Positions 35,141 through 35,222 of a stretch of DNA of 35,222 nucleotides are shown one piece after another. The translations under genes and the position numbers were made by a program. The stretch covers positions 1 to 35,222 of the forward strand of contig JTLS01000068.1 in assembly GCA_000826855.1 (NCBI GenBank), written 5' to 3'. The first letter of the stretch is position 1. Each line of letters starts with the position of its first letter. Under the pieces are notes generated by a model, which made no database searches, was not told the origin of the DNA, and saw only the letters and a program-made list of their open reading frames with translations. The DNA is from Basidioascus undulatus. Lineage: Eukaryota.

Positions 35141-35222
35141 AGGGATAGCGCAAGCCCAAGGAGGTGGTGTTAATGCTGGTGGGGATGGAATAAGCTGGTG
35201 ATGGATGGTGATGGTAAATTAC
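35141..35222 (-). repeat. 82-bp repeat, copy 2 (runs off the window end)
   Basis: Exact reverse complement of 21857-21938. Confidence 0.95.

Overview
Eukaryotic, intron-rich fungal DNA with short GT-AG introns (GTGCGT/GTGAGT/GTACGT donors, CTGAC/CTCAC/CTAAC branch points) and GC-rich third codon positions; most consistent with a basidiomycete (inference). Spliced by hand, four genes are intact: an L-galactonate/L-fuconate dehydratase (lgd1/ENOSF1 family, 17 exons), a two-RRM RBMS/Spo5-like RNA-binding protein, MSH6 (26 exons, one GC-AG intron, altered ATPase motif) and an arrestin-like protein. There are two tRNA genes (Ala-UGC; intron-containing Pro-AGG). Between them lie decayed genes: a full-length cytosolic isoleucyl-tRNA synthetase with five frameshifts, a truncated cytochrome P450, a DUF6697-like relic and small fragments. 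The most striking unexplained element is a non-coding array at about 7740-9120 of roughly 40 short hairpins (4-6 bp stem, YRAR tetraloop, usually followed by GG), spaced about 22-23 nt apart in two blocks, whose stems change sequence while keeping complementarity. An exact 82-bp inverted repeat links 21857-21938 to the window end.
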